From Phycisphaerales bacterium (GTDB taxonomy: Bacteria; Planctomycetota; Phycisphaerae; Sedimentisphaerales; Anaerobacaceae), in NCBI GenBank assembly GCA_030602885.1, contig JAUVYV010000018.1, positions 327 to 64,326 of the forward strand: a DNA stretch of 64,000 nt, written 5' to 3'. Below are positions 27,814 through 35,907 of the stretch, in pieces (the stretch's first letter is position 1; each line of letters begins with the position of its first letter). The notes beneath the pieces were generated by a model that saw nothing but the letters and a program-made list of their open reading frames with translations, was not told where the DNA came from and did no database searches. Made by a program: the position numbers and the translations under genes.

Positions 27814-28935
27814 CTATTCTGTAGCAGCGGCGACGGGCTGACGTTTCGTCTGCTGCTCCATCGGCTTTAGGACTTTTTCCATTTTGCCGGGGTTTGTTGA
27901 CTTTGCGAGCGCTTCTTCTCTTCCGATGAAGCCGGCGAGGTAAGCGTCTTCGATGCCGTGGTCCATGCTCTGCATGCCGAACTTTCTTGATGTTTCGATG
28001 ATGTTTGCAATTTCGTAGATTCTGTTTTCCCGGATGCAGTTTCTGACAGCGGTGGTGCAGAGGAGTATCTCGACGCATGGTATCATTCCGGGCTGATCGA
28101 TTCGCCTGAAGAGGGTCTGTGAAAGGACGGCCTGGAGGGTATTGGCGAGCATTGTTCTGATCTGGTTTTGCTGTCCTGCGGGGTAGATGTCTATGATACG
28201 CTCGATTGTCTGAGCGGCGTTTATGGTGTGCAGTGTGCTGAAGACGAGGTGTCCGGTTTCAGCGGCGGTGACTGTTGAGCGGCATGTTTCGAGGTCGCGC
28301 ATTTCGCCGACCATAATGATGTCGGGGTCCTGTCGGAGGATGCGTTTGAGGGCGGCGGCGAAGGAGGGGCAGTCGAAACCGATTTCTCGCTGCTCAATCA
28401 TGCACATTTGGTTTTCGAGTGCGTATTCGATGGGGTCTTCGAGGGTGATGACGTGCTTTCTGTACTTGGCGTTTATGACGTTTATCATTGAGGCAAGTGT
28501 GGTGCTCTTTCCTGCGCCGGTGTGTCCTGTGACGAGGACGAGTCCTCTGGGCAGGTCGGTGAGCTCCTTTACGATAGGAGGGAGGTGCAGGTCGTCGATT
28601 GAGGGGATCTGATTTGAGATAAGCCGGAATGAGATAGCGATAGTTGCTTTTTGATAATGTGCGTTGACGCGGAACCTGTGTCCGTCGTCGAGCATGGTTG
28701 AGAAGTCTGCGTCCCTTTCGGTTTCAAATTTTTTGTATCTTTCGGGGCCGATCATTGCGAGGACTATTTCCTTGGCATGTTCGTTGCTGACGACGGGAAA
28801 GTCCATATCGTTCAGCTCGGTGTTCTTTCGCAGCACCGGGGGCAGTCCGACATTGATATGCACGTCGCTTGCGCCTTGTTCTATAGCTTTTGCGAGTATC
28901 GTTTTGACATCAACCATCTTTATACTTTTGCTCAA
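27814..28935 (-). CDS. pilT: Type IV pilus twitching-motility ATPase PilT.
   Basis: ASDVHI is present. The Walker A motif is GHTGAGKSTT. The Asp and His boxes (IMVGEMRD, GHLVFSTLHT) are also present. Confidence 0.9.
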   Translation of the reverse strand: MSKSIKMVDVKTILAKAIEQGASDVHINVGLPPVLRKNTELNDMDFPVVSNEHAKEIVLAMIGPERYKKFETERDADFSTMLDDGHRFRVNAHYQKATIAISFRLISNQIPSIDDLHLPPIVKELTDLPRGLVLVTGHTGAGKSTTLASMINVINAKYRKHVITLEDPIEYALENQMCMIEQREIGFDCPSFAAALKRILRQDPDIIMVGEMRDLETCRSTVTAAETGHLVFSTLHTINAAQTIERIIDIYPAGQQNQIRTMLANTLQAVLSQTLFRRIDQPGMIPCVEILLCTTAVRNCIRENRIYEIANIIETSRKFGMQSMDHGIEDAYLAGFIGREEALAKSTNPGKMEKVLKPMEQQTKRQPVAAATE

Positions 28936-29172
28936 TGGCGGTTTTATCTGTTTTTGTAAGAGCAGCTTCGGCAGTCTGCTTTGGCGATAAGTCTTGCGCT
29001 GGTGCGATTCATCGCCGAAATGACTGCACCCTTAAATCGGCAAAAATGGAGGGGTGCTCAAGCGTTTTTTTGCGTGGGAAAGGCAAATATTTGGCCTTGA
29101 GGTGCAGGGGCATTTTCATGGGTCTGGAGGGTGGAGGTTTTGGTTGCGGGCCGGTGAGGGGCCGATACGTTG

Positions 29173-30114
29173 TTATATGCTTTGGATTGCGGTTCGGCTG
29201 AGGACGATGCCGTAGAATCGCCAGATTTGCTCGAATTTTTTATGGGACATATATTGCTTTCCGAAGACGGGGTCGGCGACGGTGACTATTTTATCGGTCA
29301 CTTCGAGTACGGCAACGCAATGGTCGAGGAGGAATGCATCTCTTACGATCGCCAATGTGACTGTTTTGTCTGGAAGTTGAGCGACGGAGTTGAAGTGGCG
29401 GAACTGACATTCGAGTCCGTCCCCGGCGTAGCGGTTATCGAGGGCTTTGTAAAGGCACCAGGGTAGGGTGCCGGCGATTGGGCTGGTGTGTGAGAGGACG
29501 GCGATTTCGCCTTCCTGAGCGGGCAGGCCAAGGTATCGCAGTGCTGTGACTGCGGCGGCAGGGCCACAGGTGTAGTTGGTTGTCTGGAGGCAGACGTTGT
29601 TCAAGTCGAGTTTTGTCTGAAGATTCGAGAGGTCGTCTGCGATGAGGGCGGGTACGAGAAATGGCAGGACCGACGACCAGAGGACAACGGCGACCATAAG
29701 AAGCAGGACGATGACCCGTTCGAGTCTTCGCTGAAGCCGCCGGAGGAGGGTAGAAGAGCCCATGGTTACGGCGAGGCAGATGATGACAAATCTTGTGCGT
29801 CCGCCGGCGATGCAGGCGAGCACCGGCATGAATGAGCGTGCGCTGATATATGTGGCTGCCAGGAGGAGGGCGATAAGTGCGAGAGGGAAGAAATAGCCCC
29901 AGGCCCAGTGGATTTTTTTCGAGCGTGAGATGGCGGTGGCGCAAAGCGTACCGAGGATAGCGGTCAGGATTACACCAAATGTTTCGAGCCAGGGCTGCAT
30001 TTTTTTCTCCCCGGAGCCGCCCTCCTGGGCATTTGCTGCGTGCACCAAAAGGACGGGTTTACGGCTTATTGTGAGCGGTTCCCGACGATAACAGAGGCGA
30101 AGGAACATGCTCAC
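29173..30114 (-). CDS. Membrane protein with a C-terminal peptidase C39-like (papain-fold) domain.
   Basis: About 5 TM helices are followed by NYTCGPAAAVTALRYLG (catalytic Cys context) and HCVAVLEV (His). The start is GTG at 30114 or ATG at 30108. Confidence 0.65.
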   Translation of the reverse strand: MSMFLRLCYRREPLTISRKPVLLVHAANAQEGGSGEKKMQPWLETFGVILTAILGTLCATAISRSKKIHWAWGYFFPLALIALLLAATYISARSFMPVLACIAGGRTRFVIICLAVTMGSSTLLRRLQRRLERVIVLLLMVAVVLWSSVLPFLVPALIADDLSNLQTKLDLNNVCLQTTNYTCGPAAAVTALRYLGLPAQEGEIAVLSHTSPIAGTLPWCLYKALDNRYAGDGLECQFRHFNSVAQLPDKTVTLAIVRDAFLLDHCVAVLEVTDKIVTVADPVFGKQYMSHKKFEQIWRFYGIVLSRTAIQSI

Positions 30115-30129
30115 TTTCTTTATGTCCCC

Positions 30130-30158
30130 AGTATAGCAGAGCAGGGTGGCGAAATCAA
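30130..30158 (-). promoter_or_regulatory. Sigma-70-type promoter for the C39-like gene.
   Basis: Minus strand TTGATT, 17-nt spacer, TATACT. It ends ~15 nt upstream of the start codon, so the leader would be very short. Confidence 0.4.
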
Positions 30159-30891
30159 GGAAATAATGGGGCGTTGTCCGGTTTTGGCTGTGGCTTGGGG
30201 CGTGCAGGTGTTGGTTAGGTGACTGCCGAGGTATTCGGCATAACCGGCAGAATCGCTACGACAGATTGTAGGCGTCGTTCTGCCCAGCGAGGAGTTCTGG
30301 GCACGGGGTTCAGATTCCACGATTGGTACTTCGGGATTCATCACGCCGAAATCAATGGCTTTCAAAAATAAAACACCCTGCTTTGGCTAAACAGCTAAAC
30401 ATGTTGTGGATGAACCGGAGCCGTCTTTTTGCTATGCCTCGATAATCTGCATGGACTGCTCGTTTAGAGCAAGTCCCCTATAGGTGGTTGGCGACGTTTA
30501 ATCCGCCGCAGGCGGATAAATATGATTGCCGGTAAATTTGTTCAGATTGTTGGTGTCCTCTAAGATTATCGACCAAAGCCTGAAGTGCTGAAAAATTAGC
30601 TGTTCAAGTAAATAATTTTGTGATTGACTATAGAATCGGAACTGACTGTATTGTAACTGGATGCCCTCGAAGCAAAAAAATGAGGGAAGAAAGATTTTAT
30701 CACTTGACTCCGAGCTCTTCATAGGTTGGTTGAAATATAGCGAATCAATATATCCACAGCTTCTCGCTTATCGCCACGATGTTTTTTGCGTTGCTCTTTC
30801 AAATCATCCAATATTTTTTTTGTCCAGCCATCCCAAAGCCAAACAATAACCCCGGCAGGCCGGGACAAAAAGTGTGTTAAGGAGCATTGAG

Positions 30892-33660
30892 ATGAAGGGA
30901 CTTTTTTTTGAAGTGCTGATGTGGTCTGTGCTTTTGTTGAGTGGTTGTGCGACGGGGCCTGAGCAGGTGAGTGTGACAGAGAGTGACATTAGTGTGAGAG
31001 AGCTTCGGTGCGAGTATCACGTCGATCCTGTGGGGATTGATGTGGTGAGGCCTCGGCTGAGCTGGGTTACGCAGGCGAGGGGGCGAGGGTGGAAGCAGGG
31101 GGCGTATCGGATTCTCGCTGCGAGCAGTCGTGAGAAGCTCAGTAAAGATAAGGGAGATTTGTGGGACACGGGGAAGGTGGAGTCGGATGCTTCCAATCAG
31201 ATTGTGTATGGAGGAAAGAAGCTTAAGAGCAATATGCAATGCTATTGGAAGGTACGTGTGTGGGATGATAAGGGGAAGGTATCCGGGTGGAGCGAGGCCG
31301 GCAAGTGGAGTGTGGGGCTTCTTTCGAAAGATGATTGGAAGGCGAAGTGGATTGGCGATGGCGTACTCCGCAAGCAGAGTATCGGGATGAGAGAGCAGTA
31401 TGGCAACTGGGTGAAGAAGTATGACCGTTATTATTATCCGTGTGCTCATTACCGCAAGGAGTTCTCGGTTGGCAAGGGAGTCAGAAGGGCGGTGCTGTAT
31501 GCGACGGCGCGGGGGATTTACGAGATGTATATCAACGGCCAGAAGGTTGGTGAGGATTACTTTTCACCGGGCTGGACGGTGCATGAGAAGCGGTTGTACT
31601 ACCAGGCGTATGATGTCACTGAGTTAGTGAAGTTGGGAGAGAAGAATGCGGTTGGTGGAAAAGTGGGTGACGGGTGGTATGCTCTGATGCACAACAAGGT
31701 TTTTGCGGGCAAAAAAACGGGATTGTTGGCGCAGTTGCGGATTGAGTACGAGGACGGCAGCAGTGAGGTGGTTGTGACGGATAGTTCGTGGAAGCTGACG
31801 ATGGACGGGCCTATTTTGATGTCGGATATCTATAACGGAGAGGAGTATGATGCGAGAAAGGAGATAGACGGCTGGGCAGAAGTCGGATTCAAAGACAGGA
31901 GGTGGGAGGCGGTGATTGTTCTGGAGGGTACGGAGGCGGTGCTGACTCGGCATCCGGGGTCGCCCATCCGGAAGACGATGGAGATAGAGCCGGTTAAGCT
32001 GAGCGAGCCGAAGGAAGGCGAGTATGTTTTTGATATGGGTCAGAATATGGTCGGCTGGGTTCGGCTGAAGGTTGAGGGCCAGGCGGGGACGAAGGTGCGG
32101 ATGCGGTTTGCGGAGATGCTGAATGACGATGGGACGGTCTATTTGGAGAATATGCGCAGTGCGAAGGTGACGGACTACTATACGCTGAAAGGTGAGGGAG
32201 AGGAGGTGTGGGGGCCGCGGTTTACATATCATGGGTTCAGATATGTCGAGGTGACTGGTTTGGCGGGCGAGCCGGGCAAAGATGCGATAACGGGTGTTGT
32301 TGTTCGGTCGAATGCGCCTATTACGAGCAGCTTTGAGTGTTCGAATCCGATGCTGAACAAGCTTTACAGCAATATTATGTGGGGCCAGCGGGGGAATTAC
32401 TGGGAGACGCCGACGGATTGCCCGCAGCGTGATGAGCGATTGGGCTGGACGGGTGATGCGCAGGTATTTGTCCGGACCGGCGCCTACAATATGGATATCG
32501 CGGCATTCTTTACGGCGTGGCTGCAAACACTGAATGATAATCAGCATGGCGACGGCCAGTATCCGTTTATTGCGCCGAATGGCGACCCGGGTTCAAGTTC
32601 GGGGTGGAGCGATGCGGGTATTATCTGCCCGTGGGTGATGTATTCGGTTTATGGCGATACGCGAATACTCGAAACGCACTACGACAACATGGCCAAATGG
32701 ATTGACTACATGAAGAGCACAAGTAAAGATCTGATTCGGACGAACTGGGGATTCGGCGACTGGCTGAATCTCGATGGAAAAGGTAAAGGTACGCCGCTGC
32801 CGGTGATAAACACTGCGTATTTCGCGTATAGTACGAGCTTGATGGCGAAGACGGCCGAGGTTCTCGGTAAAGACAAAGACGCCGCAATATATGACAAGCT
32901 TTTTGCGGATATAAAGAAGGCGTTTAACGAGAAGTTTGTTAAAGAAGGCGGGAAGATTACGGGTGATACGCAGACGGCGTATCTTTTGGCGTTGAAGTTT
33001 AATCTTCTGGACGGCAACAAGCGGGCACTTGCGGCAGAGCATCTTATTAAAAGGATAGAGGAGAAGGACTGGCATTTATCGACGGGGTTTTTGGGTGTGA
33101 ATCTTTTGCTGCCGACGCTGGAGGATATCGGTCGGCTTGATGTTGCATATCGGCTGCTGCAGAACGAGACGTATCCATCGTGGCTTTACTCGATACACCA
33201 GGGCGCGACGACGATATGGGAGCGTTGGAACAGCTTTACGAAGGAGAGCGGGTTCGGCGACGCCGGTATGAATTCATTCAATCATTATGCGTACGGCTCG
33301 GCGGGTCAGTGGATGTTCGGGACTATGGGGGGGATAGATACGGACGGCGCCGGATTCAAGAAGATAATCATCAGGCCCCGGCCCGGCGGGGGTATCAGTT
33401 TTACGAAGGCGAGCTATGAGTCGATTCACGGTGAAATAGCTACGGACTGGAAGGTGGAAGGGGACAAATTCAAGCTTGATGTGACTATTCCGGCGAATAC
33501 GACGGCGACGGTTTATGTGCCGACATCAGATGCGCAAGGTATTACCGAAAGCGGCGTTCGAGTCAAAGAAGCTGACGGAGTGAAACTGCTGCGTCGAGCA
33601 GGTGAGACGGCTGTGTTTGAAGTAGGTTCGGGACGGTACAGTTTTGAGTCGCCTATTTAG
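30892..33660 (+). CDS. Lipoprotein alpha-L-rhamnosidase (GH78).
   Basis: An aaggag RBS precedes the ATG at 30892. The lipobox is LLLSGC. RLSWV...QGAYRILAAS and the catalytic-domain blocks (CPQRDERLGWTGDA, YPSWLYSIHQGATTIWERW) are paralogous to the gene at 10163-14437. Confidence 0.9.
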   Translation: MKGLFFEVLMWSVLLLSGCATGPEQVSVTESDISVRELRCEYHVDPVGIDVVRPRLSWVTQARGRGWKQGAYRILAASSREKLSKDKGDLWDTGKVESDASNQIVYGGKKLKSNMQCYWKVRVWDDKGKVSGWSEAGKWSVGLLSKDDWKAKWIGDGVLRKQSIGMREQYGNWVKKYDRYYYPCAHYRKEFSVGKGVRRAVLYATARGIYEMYINGQKVGEDYFSPGWTVHEKRLYYQAYDVTELVKLGEKNAVGGKVGDGWYALMHNKVFAGKKTGLLAQLRIEYEDGSSEVVVTDSSWKLTMDGPILMSDIYNGEEYDARKEIDGWAEVGFKDRRWEAVIVLEGTEAVLTRHPGSPIRKTMEIEPVKLSEPKEGEYVFDMGQNMVGWVRLKVEGQAGTKVRMRFAEMLNDDGTVYLENMRSAKVTDYYTLKGEGEEVWGPRFTYHGFRYVEVTGLAGEPGKDAITGVVVRSNAPITSSFECSNPMLNKLYSNIMWGQRGNYWETPTDCPQRDERLGWTGDAQVFVRTGAYNMDIAAFFTAWLQTLNDNQHGDGQYPFIAPNGDPGSSSGWSDAGIICPWVMYSVYGDTRILETHYDNMAKWIDYMKSTSKDLIRTNWGFGDWLNLDGKGKGTPLPVINTAYFAYSTSLMAKTAEVLGKDKDAAIYDKLFADIKKAFNEKFVKEGGKITGDTQTAYLLALKFNLLDGNKRALAAEHLIKRIEEKDWHLSTGFLGVNLLLPTLEDIGRLDVAYRLLQNETYPSWLYSIHQGATTIWERWNSFTKESGFGDAGMNSFNHYAYGSAGQWMFGTMGGIDTDGAGFKKIIIRPRPGGGISFTKASYESIHGEIATDWKVEGDKFKLDVTIPANTTATVYVPTSDAQGITESGVRVKEADGVKLLRRAGETAVFEVGSGRYSFESPI

Positions 33661-33946
33661 AGCCGATTATCAGGATAGGCTCTTAGTACAGTCGGGTATC
33701 GATAACGGAGAGCACTATGAGCGGGAAAGATTGTACACGGCGTGATTTTCCGAAGGCGACAGGTGTGTGGGGGGTGTTGCGGAGCGGCGGCGGTTGCCAC
33801 GGTGCAATACAGGGGACACTGCGGGAACTATTTACTTGACGGCTTGATAATAAACAAGTTAGACTAACGTCAATTCGGATCACGGAGGTATCCCATTTCG
33901 TTTCTGTGAGGTGCTTCATTATTTTTTTTTGCTCGGAGGAGGAAAA

Positions 33947-35395
33947 ATGGGCAGGCATCGTTACTATTTGGTTTTGATTGCGGTAATTGCCTTGTCGGTA
34001 GTCCCTGGGGAGGCGGCGAGGGCGTCCACATGGGTAAGCGGTTCGGATACAACAGGCGAGATGGGCGTTTATGGAACGAAGGGAGTGTCGGATGCGAACA
34101 ATGTTCCCGGCGGGCGAGCGGGGAGCGTTTCGTGGACGGATTCGGAGGGAGATTTTTGGCTGTTTGGCGGCGAGGGTCTTGATGCCAACGGCAGCAGCGG
34201 GCGTCTGAACGACCTCTGGAAGAGACAATCGGCCGGCGAGTGGACGTGGGTGAGCGGCTTGAACACGGTCAATCAGGGCGGTGTGTATGGTGAAGCAGCC
34301 CACCCGAATAATGTTGCCGGTGCGAGGAGAGGCAGCATATCGTGGACAGACTCAAACGATAATCTGTGGCTTTTTGGCGGGCAGGGAAAAGACAGCAACG
34401 GTGATGTTGGATACTTAAACGACTTATGGAGATTTGAGGGGGCGAACTGGACATGGGTAAGCGGCTCCGATTCGATAGACCAGCAGGGCTCTTACGGAAC
34501 GAAGGGGCAGGCACATCCTTCGAATGTGCCCGGAGCACGTTCGGACAGTATCGGGTGGAAAGACGCCAACGATCATCTGTGGCTTTTCGGTGGGATAGGC
34601 GGCAGTATGGATATGGGCTATCTGAACGATTTGTGGAGATATGACGGAGCGAACTGGACGTGGGTTGGAGGGTCGTCAACTGCAAATGAGGCCGGCGTCT
34701 ATGGCGACAAGGGAGTGGCGGATTCGGCGAACATTCCAGGGGGACGGTTTTTCAGCATTTGCTGGACAGATGCGAACGAGAACTTATGGCTTTTTGGCGG
34801 GTCGGGTTATGACAGCAGCAGCACAGGGTTGTTGAACGATTTGTGGAAGTTTGACGGGATGATGTGGACGTGGGTGAGCGGCTCGGCGAGCAGAGATGAG
34901 ACGGGAGTTTACGGGAGCAAGGGGGTGGCGAATCCGGCGAATGTGCCCGGCTCACGGTGGCAAAGCATAGGGTGGGTAGATGGCAATGGTGATTTGTGGC
35001 TGTTTGGCGGGGATGGTTTCGACAGCATCGGCGAGAGTGGCTATCTTAACGACCTGTGGAAATTCGAGGTTGCCGGCGGTGTTTGGGTGTGGATGGGCGG
35101 TGCTGAGACGGCGGACCAGACGGGGGTATATGGGGTCAAAGGTGTGTCTGAGCCGGATAGTTTTCCCGGGGCGAGGAGGTCTGGTGTTTGCTGGGCCGAT
35201 GTTCAGGGCGACCTCTGGCTGTTTGGCGGCGAGGGGTATGCTTCGAGCACATCCGGATGGCTGAACGATTTGTGGAAGTTGCGGCGTTTCTGTGACCGAG
35301 CGACGGTGGGTGATTTGAACGGTGACTGTATTGTGAATATGGCTGACTTAGCTGTGATGACGTCGCATTGGCTCGAGGACAACTGGCATTACTGA
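33947..35395 (+). CDS. Secreted Kelch-repeat beta-propeller protein with a C-terminal dockerin-like module.
   Basis: About 8 repeats of LNDLW(K/R)F...WTWVSG...GVYG.KG....N.PG.R are present. The C-terminus is GDLNGDCIVNMADLAVMTSHWLED. A ggaggagg RBS precedes the ATG at 33947. Confidence 0.85.
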   Translation: MGRHRYYLVLIAVIALSVVPGEAARASTWVSGSDTTGEMGVYGTKGVSDANNVPGGRAGSVSWTDSEGDFWLFGGEGLDANGSSGRLNDLWKRQSAGEWTWVSGLNTVNQGGVYGEAAHPNNVAGARRGSISWTDSNDNLWLFGGQGKDSNGDVGYLNDLWRFEGANWTWVSGSDSIDQQGSYGTKGQAHPSNVPGARSDSIGWKDANDHLWLFGGIGGSMDMGYLNDLWRYDGANWTWVGGSSTANEAGVYGDKGVADSANIPGGRFFSICWTDANENLWLFGGSGYDSSSTGLLNDLWKFDGMMWTWVSGSASRDETGVYGSKGVANPANVPGSRWQSIGWVDGNGDLWLFGGDGFDSIGESGYLNDLWKFEVAGGVWVWMGGAETADQTGVYGVKGVSEPDSFPGARRSGVCWADVQGDLWLFGGEGYASSTSGWLNDLWKLRRFCDRATVGDLNGDCIVNMADLAVMTSHWLEDNWHY

Positions 35396-35479
35396 GGTAC
35401 GGTAAGGCCGCTGAGTGCGGATTGTATGTTTACGAGGCCATGAGTTGTCTGCCTGAGCTGTTTTTGTAGCTGTTTTTTC

Positions 35480-35508
35480 TTGACTTTGGCTTGCTAATCG
35501 GGTAGATT
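35480..35508 (+). promoter_or_regulatory. Orphan sigma-70-type promoter ~400 nt upstream of gyrA.
   Basis: TTGACT, 17-nt spacer, TAGATT. No plus-strand ORF follows before gyrA. Confidence 0.4.
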
Positions 35509-35907
35509 TTAAGGGTGGTTACAAGGGAACAAGGAGGGTTCCCGGAGGACGGGTAAAAAAGCTCCATTTTAAGCTCTGTCCGGAGTTTGCCGTGCCGGAG
35601 GTATATTCGGTGTTGCGGCAGCGTTGGGTTGAGCGGCAATGTCCTCGACCCATGGAGGGGGCCGGCCTGTATTTTGTTGTCTTTTGACGGCGCCCTTGGA
35701 GCGGCTTAGTGCAGTTTGGACCTTCTGCGTGTCGCCCAGGGCGCCGGTTTTCTGCGCTGTTTGATTTTACCTTTTGCCGGCTTAGTTTTCTTGACTTTTT
35801 TTCCTGTGAGCAGTAGTCTATACGCTGTGGAATTTGGCCAGTTCTGTCCAGTAATGGAATGCGGAAAGCAAGCCGGGCAGTCGTTCTTTTAGGGATGGTT
35901 TAGAACT

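Noticed and set aside
30120-30365. An 81-aa Cys/Ser/Thr-rich ORF immediately upstream of the C39-like peptidase gene, considered as a RiPP or bacteriocin precursor.
   Set aside because: It has only a TTG start with no Shine-Dalgarno sequence. It has no double-glycine leader motif, and no modification enzyme or ABC exporter is nearby. Its 3' end is occupied by a good TTGATT-17-TATACT promoter for the peptidase gene. It is most likely a spurious ORF.
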